Shown here: positions 21,019 to 29,974 of the stretch, piece after piece
How the letters are laid out: every line of letters begins with the position of its first letter
Position numbering within the stretch: position 1 is the stretch's first letter
NCBI GenBank assembly: GCA_965213705.1
Contig: OZ243913.1
Location: forward strand, 2,848,001 to 2,912,000
Direction: 5' to 3'
Source: Trueperaceae bacterium
GTDB lineage: Bacteria; Deinococcota; Deinococci; Deinococcales; Trueperaceae
DNA: 64,000 nucleotides
Program-made: the position numbers and the translations under genes
The notes under the pieces: generated by a model
Told to the model about the DNA's origin: nothing
Database searches by the model: none
The model's input: only the letters and a program-made list of their open reading frames with translations

Positions 21019-22131
21019 ATGCGGCTGCGCGCTTTTTTTCTGTCGGTTTTTTGCGTCCTGAGTTTCGGTTACGGCGCAGACGCCCCGCCCATTCGAGTCC
21101 TGCTGGACGAGGTTGTCGGCCCCGTCACGGTCCCGATGATGGGGCCGCACAGCGGTTCGGTCGACACCCAAACCGTTTTCGAGACCTCCGCCGCCCTCAC
21201 CTGGCCCCTGGCCTCCGCCGCAGGCAAGGTCGTCATAGAAGGCAAGGCAGTAGGTCACAGCTTTACTTTGAAGCCGACCGACGGGACGTTGGTAACCTGG
21301 CAGGGTCGGCCCTACCGCGGCGCACTCCGCTTCGTAGCCACTGCAGCGGGCTTCGAGGTCATCAACGTGGTGGATTTGGAGTCTTACCTGCGCGGGGTGG
21401 TGCCCGCCGAAATGCCCGCGAGTTGGTCTACGGAGGCCCTGAAAGCGCAAGCCGTAGCCGCGCGCACCTACACGCTGGCCTCGTTGGAGGGGGGCGAGAA
21501 CTACGACGTGTGCGCAACTACCGAGTGTCAAAAGTACGGCGGGGCCGCGGCGGAACACCCGCGGAGCGACGCGGCTATCCTAGCGACCACAGGCGTCGTT
21601 TTGACCTACCGGGGAACGTTCGCCAAAACCTACTACCACGCCGACTCGGGCGGCGTGCTGGCCTCGAGCGCCGAAGTTTGGGGTGACGTGCGGCCCTACC
21701 TGGCTGCGCACCAAGACGTGCCGAGCACCACACCCCACCGCCGCTGGCAAAAGAGCTTGGAGGCCGCCGCCCTGCAAACCTCGCTCACCGAAGTCGGGCT
21801 CGACATCGGGCCGGTTCAGGCTTTGCAAGTCGCGGCCTACAGCGAGTCCGGGCGGGTGAGCAGTGTCGTCGTCGTCGGCGCGTGGGGCAGCGCGACGCTG
21901 TCGGGACCGAGCTTGACGAAGCTGCTGCGCGACTGGGGCCTCAAGTCGACCCGCTTCAGCATGACGGGCGCGTTGAACGCGCAGGGCGACGGCTGGGGGC
22001 ACGGCGTCGGCATGAGCCAGTACGGGGCCAACGCCCTTGCCAGCGCCAACTACGACTATTCGCAAATCTTGGCGTTTTACTACCCGACGACGGACTTGCA
22101 GACGCTCACCTATGCGGCGGGGACACCCTGA
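21019..22131 (+). CDS. SpoIID/LytB domain lytic transglycosylase-like protein
   Basis: YLRGVVPAEMP...EALKAQAVAARTY, GWGHGVGMSQYGA; signal peptide. Confidence 0.92.
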   Translation: MRLRAFFLSVFCVLSFGYGADAPPIRVLLDEVVGPVTVPMMGPHSGSVDTQTVFETSAALTWPLASAAGKVVIEGKAVGHSFTLKPTDGTLVTWQGRPYRGALRFVATAAGFEVINVVDLESYLRGVVPAEMPASWSTEALKAQAVAARTYTLASLEGGENYDVCATTECQKYGGAAAEHPRSDAAILATTGVVLTYRGTFAKTYYHADSGGVLASSAEVWGDVRPYLAAHQDVPSTTPHRRWQKSLEAAALQTSLTEVGLDIGPVQALQVAAYSESGRVSSVVVVGAWGSATLSGPSLTKLLRDWGLKSTRFSMTGALNAQGDGWGHGVGMSQYGANALASANYDYSQILAFYYPTTDLQTLTYAAGTP

Positions 22132-22134
22132 GGG

Positions 22135-22195
22135 GAAAGTACCGAGTACTGAGTAGACAGTAAAAAGTGGAAAGTGAAAGCTTTCCTCTGCTCCC
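22135..22195 (+). repeat. Heptamer-based intergenic repeat, copy 2
   Basis: gaaagtaccgagtactgagtagacagtaaaaagtggaaagtgaaagctttcctctgctcc. Confidence 0.65.
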
Positions 22196-22198
22196 CAC

Positions 22199-23395
22199 CT
22201 AAGTCGAAACCTCCCCCAGCACCTCCCCAAAACGCCGTACCACTTCGTCCACCTCGCCTTTGCTGATAATGAGCGGCGGCACGAAGCGAATCACCGTCGC
22301 CCCGGCGTTGATGGTGAGGACGCCCTTATCGCGCAACGCGTCGATGTAGGGCGCGACTTTTTCTTTCATCTCCACGCCTATCATCAGGCCCAAACCGCGC
22401 ACGGTGCGGATTTTGTGGGTGTCAAGAGCGCGCAGGGCGTCTTGAAAATAAGCACCGACTTCTGCGGCGTGCTCGAGCAACCCGCGCTCCTTGATTTCGT
22501 CCAGCACGGCGACCGCCGCCGCCGAAGCGAGCGCGTTGCCGCCGAAGGTCGTGCCGTGCCCGCCCTTGGGCATTTTCAGCGCCACCGCGTCGCTCATCAG
22601 CAGCGCGCCGATGGGCACGCCGCCGCCCAAACCCTTGGCGAGCGTGACCATGTCGGGCCGGACGCCGTAGTGTTCGGTCGCCAAAAACTTGCCGGTGCGC
22701 CCGACGCCCGACTGCACCTCGTCCATGATGAGCAGTGCGCCGCGCTCGGTCGTGATGTCGCGGGCGGCCTCGAGATACTCTCTGTCCGCCGGGTACATGC
22801 CGCCCTCGCCCTGGACGGGTTCTAAAAACACCGCCGCCGTCTCCTCTGTTACATGTTCGTCAAGCTCTTCAACCTTGTTGTAGGCGACAAAGTCGTTGTC
22901 GTACTTCAAGGGCTCGAAGGGTTCGCGGTACTTTTTTTCCCAGGTCAGCGCCAGCACGCCCAAGGTTCGGCCCGAGAAGCCGCGCTTGGCACTCACAAAA
23001 CGTGGGCGACCCGTAGCGGCGCGGGCCCACTTCAGCGCCGCCTCGTTGATTTCCGAGCCCGAATTCGCCATGAACACGCGCTGCAAGCCCAGCCACTCCG
23101 GAACGAACGCGAACAGCTTGTCGTAAAACTCGGCGCGTTTGTCGTTGCCGTGCGCCTGCGTGCAGATGATAAGCCGGCTCGCCTGCTCGGCGACGGCTCT
23201 CACAAGGCGCGCGTTGTTGTGTCCGACGGACGCTACCGCGATGCCCGCCAGACAGTCGATGTAGGCGTTGCCGTCCGCGTCGTAGACGGTCACGCCGTCG
23301 CCGTGGGTGAAGACGATGTCGGGGCTCCACAAGCCCGAGTTGTGGGCAGCGTCGCGCTCGAGAAGCTCCTGCTGCTTGCTCATAACTTGGCTCAC
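22199..23395 (-). CDS. lysJ: Class III PLP aminotransferase, acetylornithine/LysW-aminoadipate semialdehyde transaminase (ArgD/LysJ)
   Basis: [53 protein letters not shown]; LysJ versus ArgD is inferred. Confidence 0.8.
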   Translation of the reverse strand: MSQVMSKQQELLERDAAHNSGLWSPDIVFTHGDGVTVYDADGNAYIDCLAGIAVASVGHNNARLVRAVAEQASRLIICTQAHGNDKRAEFYDKLFAFVPEWLGLQRVFMANSGSEINEAALKWARAATGRPRFVSAKRGFSGRTLGVLALTWEKKYREPFEPLKYDNDFVAYNKVEELDEHVTEETAAVFLEPVQGEGGMYPADREYLEAARDITTERGALLIMDEVQSGVGRTGKFLATEHYGVRPDMVTLAKGLGGGVPIGALLMSDAVALKMPKGGHGTTFGGNALASAAAVAVLDEIKERGLLEHAAEVGAYFQDALRALDTHKIRTVRGLGLMIGVEMKEKVAPYIDALRDKGVLTINAGATVIRFVPPLIISKGEVDEVVRRFGEVLGEVST

Positions 23396-23819
23396 GTTTA
23401 TCCTTTCGTTCGCTAGACCAAGCTTAGCTTATTACTCGCCGTCTCGGGCACTGTCTACTAGGTGCTGTCTACCAAGTACTGCCTACGCCGCAAGCCTTCA
23501 TCTTGTCTCGCGTCGGCAAAGGCAGCCCCTCCACCTATCGAACCGCACTTTGCCCAAGCTCGTCTTGATGGCCGTTTCTAACAAACTCGCACTGCTCAGG
23601 TAAAGGAGTTTTTCGCTTTTTTGTCGGAATCCGCAACGGTTTTGCTCGCTGAACAGTCCCGAACCACAGGTAGTGACCTCGACTTATGGGCGCAAAGCCG
23701 TCACCGGTAATCCCGCCGGTTCAAGACGGCTTTGCGTTTGTTTCTGAGAGAAGCAAGGGGTACTATCTCCGTTGCCCGCACCAAACGCAGACAAGTGCTA
23801 GACTTTTTCCGGAGGCTGA

Positions 23820-24341
23820 ATGAAACACGTCGACCTCATCCGCGGCGACCTCACCAAACAGACTGTCGACGCGGTCGTCAACGCAGCCAACAGGTCGTTG
23901 TTGGGCGGGGGTGGCGTAGACGGCGCCATCCACCGGGCGGCTGGACCCCAGCTGTTAGCGGCGACTCGCAAGTTGGGCGGTTGCGCCACGGGCGACGCCA
24001 AGTTGACCCCGGGGTTCGAGCTGCCCGCTCGCTACATTATCCACACGGTCGGCCCTGTATGGCGGGGCGGTCACGAGGGCGAACCCCAACTGCTGGCGAG
24101 TTGTTACCAGAGTTGTTTCCGCCTGGCTGACGAGAACGGCGTTACGACGTTGGCCTTTCCCTCTATCAGTACGGGCGTGTACGGTTACCCTATTGAGCAA
24201 GCCAGCCGCGTCGCCCTGCTCGAGACGAAACATTTTCTCGCTCGAGACTCCACGATAGACCGCGTCGTGATGGTTTGCTTCAGCGCTCATGACCTGCGCG
24301 TCTACCAAGAGACCCACGCCGAGGTGTTTACGGACTTTTGA
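23820..24341 (+). CDS. Macro domain protein (O-acetyl-ADP-ribose deacetylase, YmdB-like)
   Basis: GDLT, VNAANRSLLGGGGVDGAIH, IIHTVGP, FPSISTGVYGYP. Confidence 0.93.
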   Translation: MKHVDLIRGDLTKQTVDAVVNAANRSLLGGGGVDGAIHRAAGPQLLAATRKLGGCATGDAKLTPGFELPARYIIHTVGPVWRGGHEGEPQLLASCYQSCFRLADENGVTTLAFPSISTGVYGYPIEQASRVALLETKHFLARDSTIDRVVMVCFSAHDLRVYQETHAEVFTDF

Positions 24342-24550
24342 ACCGTCCCCTGCCAATCTCAACAAGCAAGGTGAGGTTGGACGGAGACCGAACAAGACCG
24401 CGGCCGTTACGAAAGAGGACGCGCCAAACCAGCGCCGTGGCCGCCAGGACTGTAAGCCTGGAAAAGGTACGAAGGCACACAGTTATTTAGACTTAGTGTC
24501 GTCCAGCCGGGTCCGCAAAGACTCAGCACTTCACAGCAAAGGAGATACAC

Positions 24551-25147
24551 ATGGCTTTCGACCTGCCCGACCTACCTTACGCCTTCGATGCGCTCGAGCC
24601 GCACATCGACGCACGCACGATGGAGATTCACCATGACAAGCACCACGCCGGCTATACCAACAACCTCAACAAGGCCGTAGAGGGTACCGAGATGGAGAAC
24701 AAGTCCATCGAAGAAATTCTCGCGGTGGGTGCTGATAAGTTACCTACAGCGGTACGCAACAACGGCGGCGGTTACCACAACCACAGTCTCTTTTGGCAAA
24801 TCATGGGACCGAACGGCGGCGGTCAGCCCTCGGGCGAGTTGGCGCAGGCGATTGACAGCGCCTTCGGCGGTTTCGACGCCTTCAAAGAAGAGTTCGCCAA
24901 AGCTGCCGCCACGCGCTTCGGCTCGGGTTGGGCCTGGTTGGTCGTGGACGGTGGCAAGCTGGCAGTCACCAGCACGCCCAACCAAGACAGCCCCGTGATG
25001 GAAGGCAAAACCCCGATTCTCGGTCTCGACGTCTGGGAGCACGCCTACTACCTCAACTATCAAAACAAGCGTCCGGACTACATTGACGCCTGGTGGAAGG
25101 TTGTGAACTGGGACCAGGTCGCCGAGAACTACAGCAACGCGACCTAA
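24551..25147 (+). CDS. sodA: Superoxide dismutase (Mn/Fe)
   Basis: [31 protein letters not shown]. Confidence 0.95.
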   Translation: MAFDLPDLPYAFDALEPHIDARTMEIHHDKHHAGYTNNLNKAVEGTEMENKSIEEILAVGADKLPTAVRNNGGGYHNHSLFWQIMGPNGGGQPSGELAQAIDSAFGGFDAFKEEFAKAAATRFGSGWAWLVVDGGKLAVTSTPNQDSPVMEGKTPILGLDVWEHAYYLNYQNKRPDYIDAWWKVVNWDQVAENYSNAT

Positions 25148-25270
25148 ACGGCCCGGCAGGCGTTTGCCTTGCCTGTTTGTACGGTTTCTTCAGAGACGCA
25201 AACCTTAAGTCAAACCTGCCGTAGGGCAAAAGCGCAACCGGAAACACCGACGCTTTTGCCATACCGGCTT

Positions 25271-25327
25271 CTCGACAACCACATCAGCATTGCCTGAAAA
25301 TGCTGATGTGGTTGTCGAGTTTTTTTA
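25271..25327 (+). terminator. Strong hairpin terminator between sodA and the convergent HD-GYP gene
   Basis: CTCGACAACCACATCAGCATT-loop-AATGCTGATGTGGTTGTCGAG then TTTTTTT. Confidence 0.85.
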
Positions 25328-25408
25328 AGAGTCGCTTTTCTACTTATACGCAAAAACAAGGTGCGTGAAAGCGGGGTGCGCAAGACGAATTCTCGAGGCA
25401 GCTACAGT

Positions 25409-26440
25409 TTATAGAGCTACGGATTGGAAATTTGGGACAGTCAGGGGATAGTCGAAGGTCGTACCCAAACCGGCTTCGGGCGAGCAGCGGATTTCACCGC
25501 GCTTATAACACCGCTCGAAGACGGTGACTAAGTGCGGGTCGAACTGCTCCGCAGCTGCTTCACAAACGTAGTTAAGTGCTTTGTCGGGCGGCATCGGTTG
25601 CCGGTAGGGCCGGCGGCTGGTCAGCGCTTCGAACACGTCGACGATACTGATGACGCGGCTCAGCAAGGGTATAGCCTCGCCGCTGAGCCGGTGCGGATAG
25701 CCGGTGCCGTCGTAGCGTTCGTGGTGTGAGCGCACAATTTCGGCAATCTGCGCAAATTCACGCGATACCGAAGCGAGCAGGTTCGCGCCGTAGTCGGGGT
25801 GCCGTTTGACCTCGGCATACTCGACCTCGGTGAGTGCGCCGTCCTTGAGCAAAATGTATTCGGGAATAGCGATTTTGCCCAAATCGTGTAGCAGCGCGCT
25901 CCAGTAAAGCTGCTCTAGCCGCGTCTCACTAAGGCCTAAAGCCTGGCCGACGACCAGGGCGTTTCTGGCGACGCGCTCGCAATGGCCCTGGGTATGTCGG
26001 TCGCGCACCTCGACGGTACTGGCAAGGCTCGAGAGCATCTTGGTGTACATCTCCGACAAACGGTCGACACGCTTCTCAACTTTGTGGAGGCGCATCGTGA
26101 CAGCTTCGAACAGCGCGCCTACAGTGATACCAAAAAAAAGGTAAAGGCTGCTAGCTAACCAAGCCACGGCAAATTTCTCCTCACTCGGTCCGAAAAAGTA
26201 AGTCAGCAAAGCTACGAGCAGTCCCACCACAAAACCGCCGCGCAGTCCAAAAAGAGCCGCCGCCAACAAAATAGGTAGGTAGACAAGTTGAGCAAGAAGC
26301 GCGGGCACTCCCTGCGCCGTCAGCGCGACAACCGCGACGGCCACAAATAAAAGTGTCGCTACCGCCGCGACCCCCAACATGACGTGACGCTGTGGCAGCG
26401 TCCCCTGACGCGTCAGGGGACGCTGCAGACGACCTATCAC
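25409..26440 (-). CDS. Membrane-anchored HD-GYP phosphodiesterase (cyclic dinucleotide); start GTG 26440 or ATG 26380
   Basis: N-terminal TM helices; RDRHTQGHCERV, LLHDLGK, HHERYDGTGYP, DVFEALTSRRPYR. Confidence 0.9.
   Translation of the reverse strand: MIGRLQRPLTRQGTLPQRHVMLGVAAVATLLFVAVAVVALTAQGVPALLAQLVYLPILLAAALFGLRGGFVVGLLVALLTYFFGPSEEKFAVAWLASSLYLFFGITVGALFEAVTMRLHKVEKRVDRLSEMYTKMLSSLASTVEVRDRHTQGHCERVARNALVVGQALGLSETRLEQLYWSALLHDLGKIAIPEYILLKDGALTEVEYAEVKRHPDYGANLLASVSREFAQIAEIVRSHHERYDGTGYPHRLSGEAIPLLSRVISIVDVFEALTSRRPYRQPMPPDKALNYVCEAAAEQFDPHLVTVFERCYKRGEIRCSPEAGLGTTFDYPLTVPNFQSVAL
26395..26426. repeat. Perfect 32-bp palindrome
   Basis: GCAGCGTCCCCTGACG|CGTCAGGGGACGCTGC. Confidence 0.9.
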
Positions 26441-26514
26441 AAACAGCGCTCTGGTTTACGGGTGACTTGGTTGAACGACGACCTAACGAGAACCACGAAA
26501 GCAAAAAACTCCAC
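26437..26514 (-). CDS. Possible 25-aa upstream ORF MEFFAFVVLVRSSFNQVTRKPERCL coupled to HD-GYP gene
   Basis: AAGGAGG 9 nt before GTG 26514; its TGA overlaps the HD-GYP GTG (GTGA). Confidence 0.35.
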   Translation of the reverse strand: MEFFAFVVLVRSSFNQVTRKPERCL

Positions 26515-26557
26515 GAGTCACATCCTCCTTCGACGTAGCTCGCAGAGTAAAACAAAG

Positions 26558-26588
26558 ACGCTTAGAAAACGCTTAGAAACGCTTGAAA
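26558..26588. promoter_or_regulatory. Three phased direct repeats, candidate winged-helix regulator binding site
   Basis: ACGCTTAGAAA ACGCTTAGAA ACGCTTGAAA (11 then 10 bp period). Confidence 0.5.
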
Positions 26589-26634
26589 ACTGTTTTCCGT
26601 AAAACAAATTATAGTAACTTAAGCTGAAACTTGG

Positions 26635-26733
26635 TTACCTAGTAGAACCGGCACCTGCCATAGCCAAGAAAGGTAAGTTAGCAAGAACTAAAAAAACAGT
26701 TGCGTAAAAAATTTTTCTCCCGTTGTTTTTCAT
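26635..26733 (-). CDS. Putative secreted signalling pro-peptide MKNNGRKIFYATVFLVLANLPFLAMA|GAGSTR (32 aa; 36 aa from ATG 26745)
   Basis: Basic n-region, hydrophobic h-region, A-x-A signal peptidase site, 6-aa tail then stop; purine-rich GGGGAAGAAA upstream. Confidence 0.65.
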   Translation of the reverse strand: MKNNGRKIFYATVFLVLANLPFLAMAGAGSTR

Positions 26734-27217
26734 TTTCTTCCCCATTCTCTTCCCGTGCTCCCGCACGTTCGCAGGTTTTCCTACCCAAGGTTCTCCACAC
26801 CTCTGGTAGCGCCTTCGCGGTCTCCCAACCGATAAAGGACTTGGGGCCAAACAGAGCGCCGTCTGGCTTTTGGTCGCTAAGTTATGAGGAGGTGTTGCAA
26901 GATGTAAAGTGTCGCGCTCCCTTAGCTCCCAATTTTTTCCTAACAACTCCAGGACTCCCACCCTGTTTGTGTTGTCAGCGCCGCAACCCTTCTCCCAAAG
27001 AGTAACAGCTAAGTATTAGAATAACACATAACCCCCTCATTCATAAGTACACATGCACAAAATGATAAGTATTTCACACAGCGTCAGAAAAGGCGTGTGG
27101 GGTAGGATTTTTCTGCTGCAGTTTTGTATTTTTATGAAAAAATCAAATTTAGGTAGATATATGAACTTTTGAATAATACTGTAAAAGCTATAGTCTTAAG
27201 GTGAGGTTCCTCTAATC

Positions 27218-28924
27218 GTGGCTAAGACGGTCTACGACATCATCGCTGAAAAGTATCCAGGGGTTGAACTCGAGAGCCCTGTGCAGGGTTGGGTATACTT
27301 GGAAGAGTATGAAAAAGGTATAGAAGCTCACCAAAAGATGATTCAGGTTCACACAACCGCTTATGATGACCGTTGGCTTGGAGTTTGTCATTTTCAACTG
27401 GGTAATGATTTGAAGGCCATTGAAGTTTTTTACCGAGCTATCGCACGATTTGATGAAGCGGCTCGAATAAACTTAGCGTTTGCTTTTTCTTTTGTCGAGC
27501 GAAAAAAAGAGATGATTTTAGAGTTGCAAAAAATCAACTTTACTAATCTCAACAAATATGATAAAGCACTATATCTGCGAGTGAAGAGCTACTATGAAGA
27601 GGCGCAAGGTAACGTACAAAGCGCTTTAAACGATGCAGAGCGTGCTTGGGAAATGATTCAAGGAATTCCAGAACTTCCTATTCTTGCACCACAAATTTTA
27701 AATCAATTAGGCATTCTTCACGCTAGGATAGGGCGGTCACAACGCGCTCTATGGTACATAGAACGCAGTTTAGAACTGTCGGAAGCTATGGAGCAAAAAA
27801 AGGGTCTTTTAAGACGTGCTTGCCTTTTTACGATATTAGGAAGATATGAAGAGGCATTAACGGATTTAAAAATTCTCAGCGCCGCGGAAACTCCAGTTTA
27901 CCTCACAGCAGAGCAATTTCTCCGAACAGGTGACGCTGTTTGGGCTATGCGTAACACAGCTGAAGCTGTAGAATTTTATGAGAAAGCAATAACGTTAGCT
28001 CTCGGGAATCAGTACAGCTTCGAGGAATTTTCAGCTAGACTAGCTTTAGCTTCCATCTACGGATTTCAGTCTCTTGTCGCGACGGCGGGTGAACACCTTG
28101 CACGTGCCAAAGTTTTGATCAGCGATAATACAGACGAATTGGCCTACCAATTCCGAGACATTTTGGTCTCTCGTTTTGCAAACGAACTTACCTCTCAACA
28201 GACCGCAGACGAGTTGGCTTTGGTAGCAAAAGAGTTCGGGGAAATGGGTCTTTTGCAAGAGCAAGGCTGGGTTCGGCTCCACATCGCCGAGATGCACCGC
28301 CAACTCGGCGACGAAGTCAGCATGTTGCGCGAACTCGACGAGCTTCAAAAGCTTGCGGTGACGCTGCAAAACAACCACTTTTTAGCAAGAGAATGGACCC
28401 TCGTCCCCAAGCTCCGTGAACTCGCCCTCAAAACCCATCCGAAGATTGCGGGTAAGTCGCCGGACGTTTTGGAGATTTATACAATGGGCGAAGAAAAGCT
28501 CGTGCTGAACGGCAAGGTCGCTAACGTGCGCATGACGAAGGCGGTCGAAATCATCGCGTACTTTCTGGAGCACGGCAAGGTGGGCTTAAAAAAGATGCTC
28601 CTGGACGTGTTCGCCGACGAGGAACCCAAGGCGGCGCGCAACTATTTTCACCAGTTCAAGCACGAGTTGAACAGCCGGATGCCGGGTTTGACCGTGGAGT
28701 ACGACTCAGGTGAACGGCTGTACTCGCTGAAAACCGAGGCCGACGTTTTGTGGGACGTGGCCGAGTTGCGGGCCGGGCGCAAGATGGGGGCGTTGGGTAT
28801 CTTTTTGCCGGGCTCGGGCTCCGAGTGGGCGCTCGTGCTCGAGAACGAACTCGAGCCCTTAAAACAGCGCGACGAGGTGTTTCCCGTCGTGCAAATCAGC
28901 CGCAAAGTTTCCGTCAAAACTTGA
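27218..28924 (+). CDS. TPR-repeat transcriptional regulator with C-terminal SARP/OmpR-like winged-helix domain
   Basis: TPR-like repeats (WLGVCHFQLGNDLKAIEVFYRAI; LNQLGILHARIGRSQRALWYIERSL; LRTGDAVWAMRNTAEAVEFYEKAI); C-terminal LEIYTMG...KAVEIIAYFL...DVFADEEPKAARNYFHQFKHEL...YSL. Confidence 0.8.
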   Translation: MAKTVYDIIAEKYPGVELESPVQGWVYLEEYEKGIEAHQKMIQVHTTAYDDRWLGVCHFQLGNDLKAIEVFYRAIARFDEAARINLAFAFSFVERKKEMILELQKINFTNLNKYDKALYLRVKSYYEEAQGNVQSALNDAERAWEMIQGIPELPILAPQILNQLGILHARIGRSQRALWYIERSLELSEAMEQKKGLLRRACLFTILGRYEEALTDLKILSAAETPVYLTAEQFLRTGDAVWAMRNTAEAVEFYEKAITLALGNQYSFEEFSARLALASIYGFQSLVATAGEHLARAKVLISDNTDELAYQFRDILVSRFANELTSQQTADELALVAKEFGEMGLLQEQGWVRLHIAEMHRQLGDEVSMLRELDELQKLAVTLQNNHFLAREWTLVPKLRELALKTHPKIAGKSPDVLEIYTMGEEKLVLNGKVANVRMTKAVEIIAYFLEHGKVGLKKMLLDVFADEEPKAARNYFHQFKHELNSRMPGLTVEYDSGERLYSLKTEADVLWDVAELRAGRKMGALGIFLPGSGSEWALVLENELEPLKQRDEVFPVVQISRKVSVKT

Positions 28925-28962
28925 AAGCGTGTTACGCTCTTGGCCTAAACCAGGAGGACTAG

Positions 28963-29961
28963 GTGCAGCTAGCAAAGTTTTCGCGCAGACGGTACACGCA
29001 AGGATTTACGCCGCTCGAAAAGCTCGAGCACCTCACCGAACACTTGGGCGGCCCGAACTTGTTTGTCAAGCGGGACGACCTGCTCGGACTCACCGCCGGC
29101 GGGAACAAGACGAGAAAGCTCGAGTTCCTAGTCGCGGACGCGCTCGCCCAGGGGGCGGACACCCTCATCACGGTGGGCGCGGTGCAGTCGAACCACTGTC
29201 GCCTGACGCTTGCGGCGGCGGTCAAGGAGGGGCTGAAGTGCCGCCTCGTCTTAGAAGAGCGCGTGCCGAACAGCTACGACCCGGACTCGAGCGGGAACAA
29301 CTTTTTATTCAAGCTTTTGGGCGTCGAGAGCGTCAAGGTCGTCGCGGGCGGCGCGGACTTGGCGGCGGCGATGGGTGAGGTCGCTGCCGAGCTTGAGGGT
29401 GAAGGCCGCAAGGGCTACGTCATCCCCGGCGGCGGCTCGAACAGCTTGGGCGCGCTCGGTTACGTGAGCTGCGCCGAGGAGATTTTGCAGCAGAGTTTCG
29501 ACCTGGGCCTCGAGCTCGAGCACATCGTCGTCTCGTCGGGCTCGGGGGGGACGCACGCGGGCATGGTCGTCGGGAACGTGGGCAACAACAGCAACATCCC
29601 CGTTACCGGCATCAGCGTGCGGGCGAAGAAAGAACCCCAAGAGGAGAAGCTGCACAAGTTGGCGAGTGAGACCGCCGACCTCCTCGGCGTTCGCGGCGGC
29701 GTGCCGCGCGAAGCGTTTACCGTGCTCGACGACTACGTCGGGGCGGGCTACTCGCTGCCGACCGCGGGCATGGTCGAGGCGGTGCAGTTGTTCGCGCGGC
29801 TCGAGGGCATCCTGCTCGACCCAGTCTACACCGGCAAAACGGCCGCCGGACTCATCGACCTCGTGCGCAAAGGGCATTTTGAACGGGGCGAGAACGTGCT
29901 GTTTTTGCACACGGGCGGCGCACCGGCGCTCTACGCTTATCAAGACGTGGTTTTAGACTGA
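28963..29961 (+). CDS. dcyD: D-cysteine desulfhydrase family PLP enzyme (possibly cysteate sulfo-lyase CuyA)
   Basis: KRDDLLGLTAGGNKTRKLEF, QSNHCR, SGSGGTHAG, LDPVYTGK, FLHTGG. Confidence 0.88.
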   Translation: MQLAKFSRRRYTQGFTPLEKLEHLTEHLGGPNLFVKRDDLLGLTAGGNKTRKLEFLVADALAQGADTLITVGAVQSNHCRLTLAAAVKEGLKCRLVLEERVPNSYDPDSSGNNFLFKLLGVESVKVVAGGADLAAAMGEVAAELEGEGRKGYVIPGGGSNSLGALGYVSCAEEILQQSFDLGLELEHIVVSSGSGGTHAGMVVGNVGNNSNIPVTGISVRAKKEPQEEKLHKLASETADLLGVRGGVPREAFTVLDDYVGAGYSLPTAGMVEAVQLFARLEGILLDPVYTGKTAAGLIDLVRKGHFERGENVLFLHTGGAPALYAYQDVVLD

Positions 29962-29974
29962 TGGGCTCAGCTTG

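Noticed and set aside
23820..24341. Macro domain as a DarG antitoxin or defence component
   Set aside because: Stand-alone YmdB-like protein with no DarT or other defence neighbour
25150..25270. c-di-GMP-I riboswitch near the HD-GYP gene (GACGCAAA-like sequence)
   Set aside because: Lies 3' of both flanking genes, and I could not build the P1/P2 consensus; needs an Rfam scan
26635..26961. Full 108-aa ORF as the real product
   Set aside because: The upstream part lacks protein-like features; the signal-peptide pattern starts at ATG 26745/26733. Not formally excluded
26895..27005. Cys-containing 36-aa ORF after AGGAGG on the plus strand as a RiPP precursor
   Set aside because: Poor RBS spacing, TTG start and no modifying enzymes nearby
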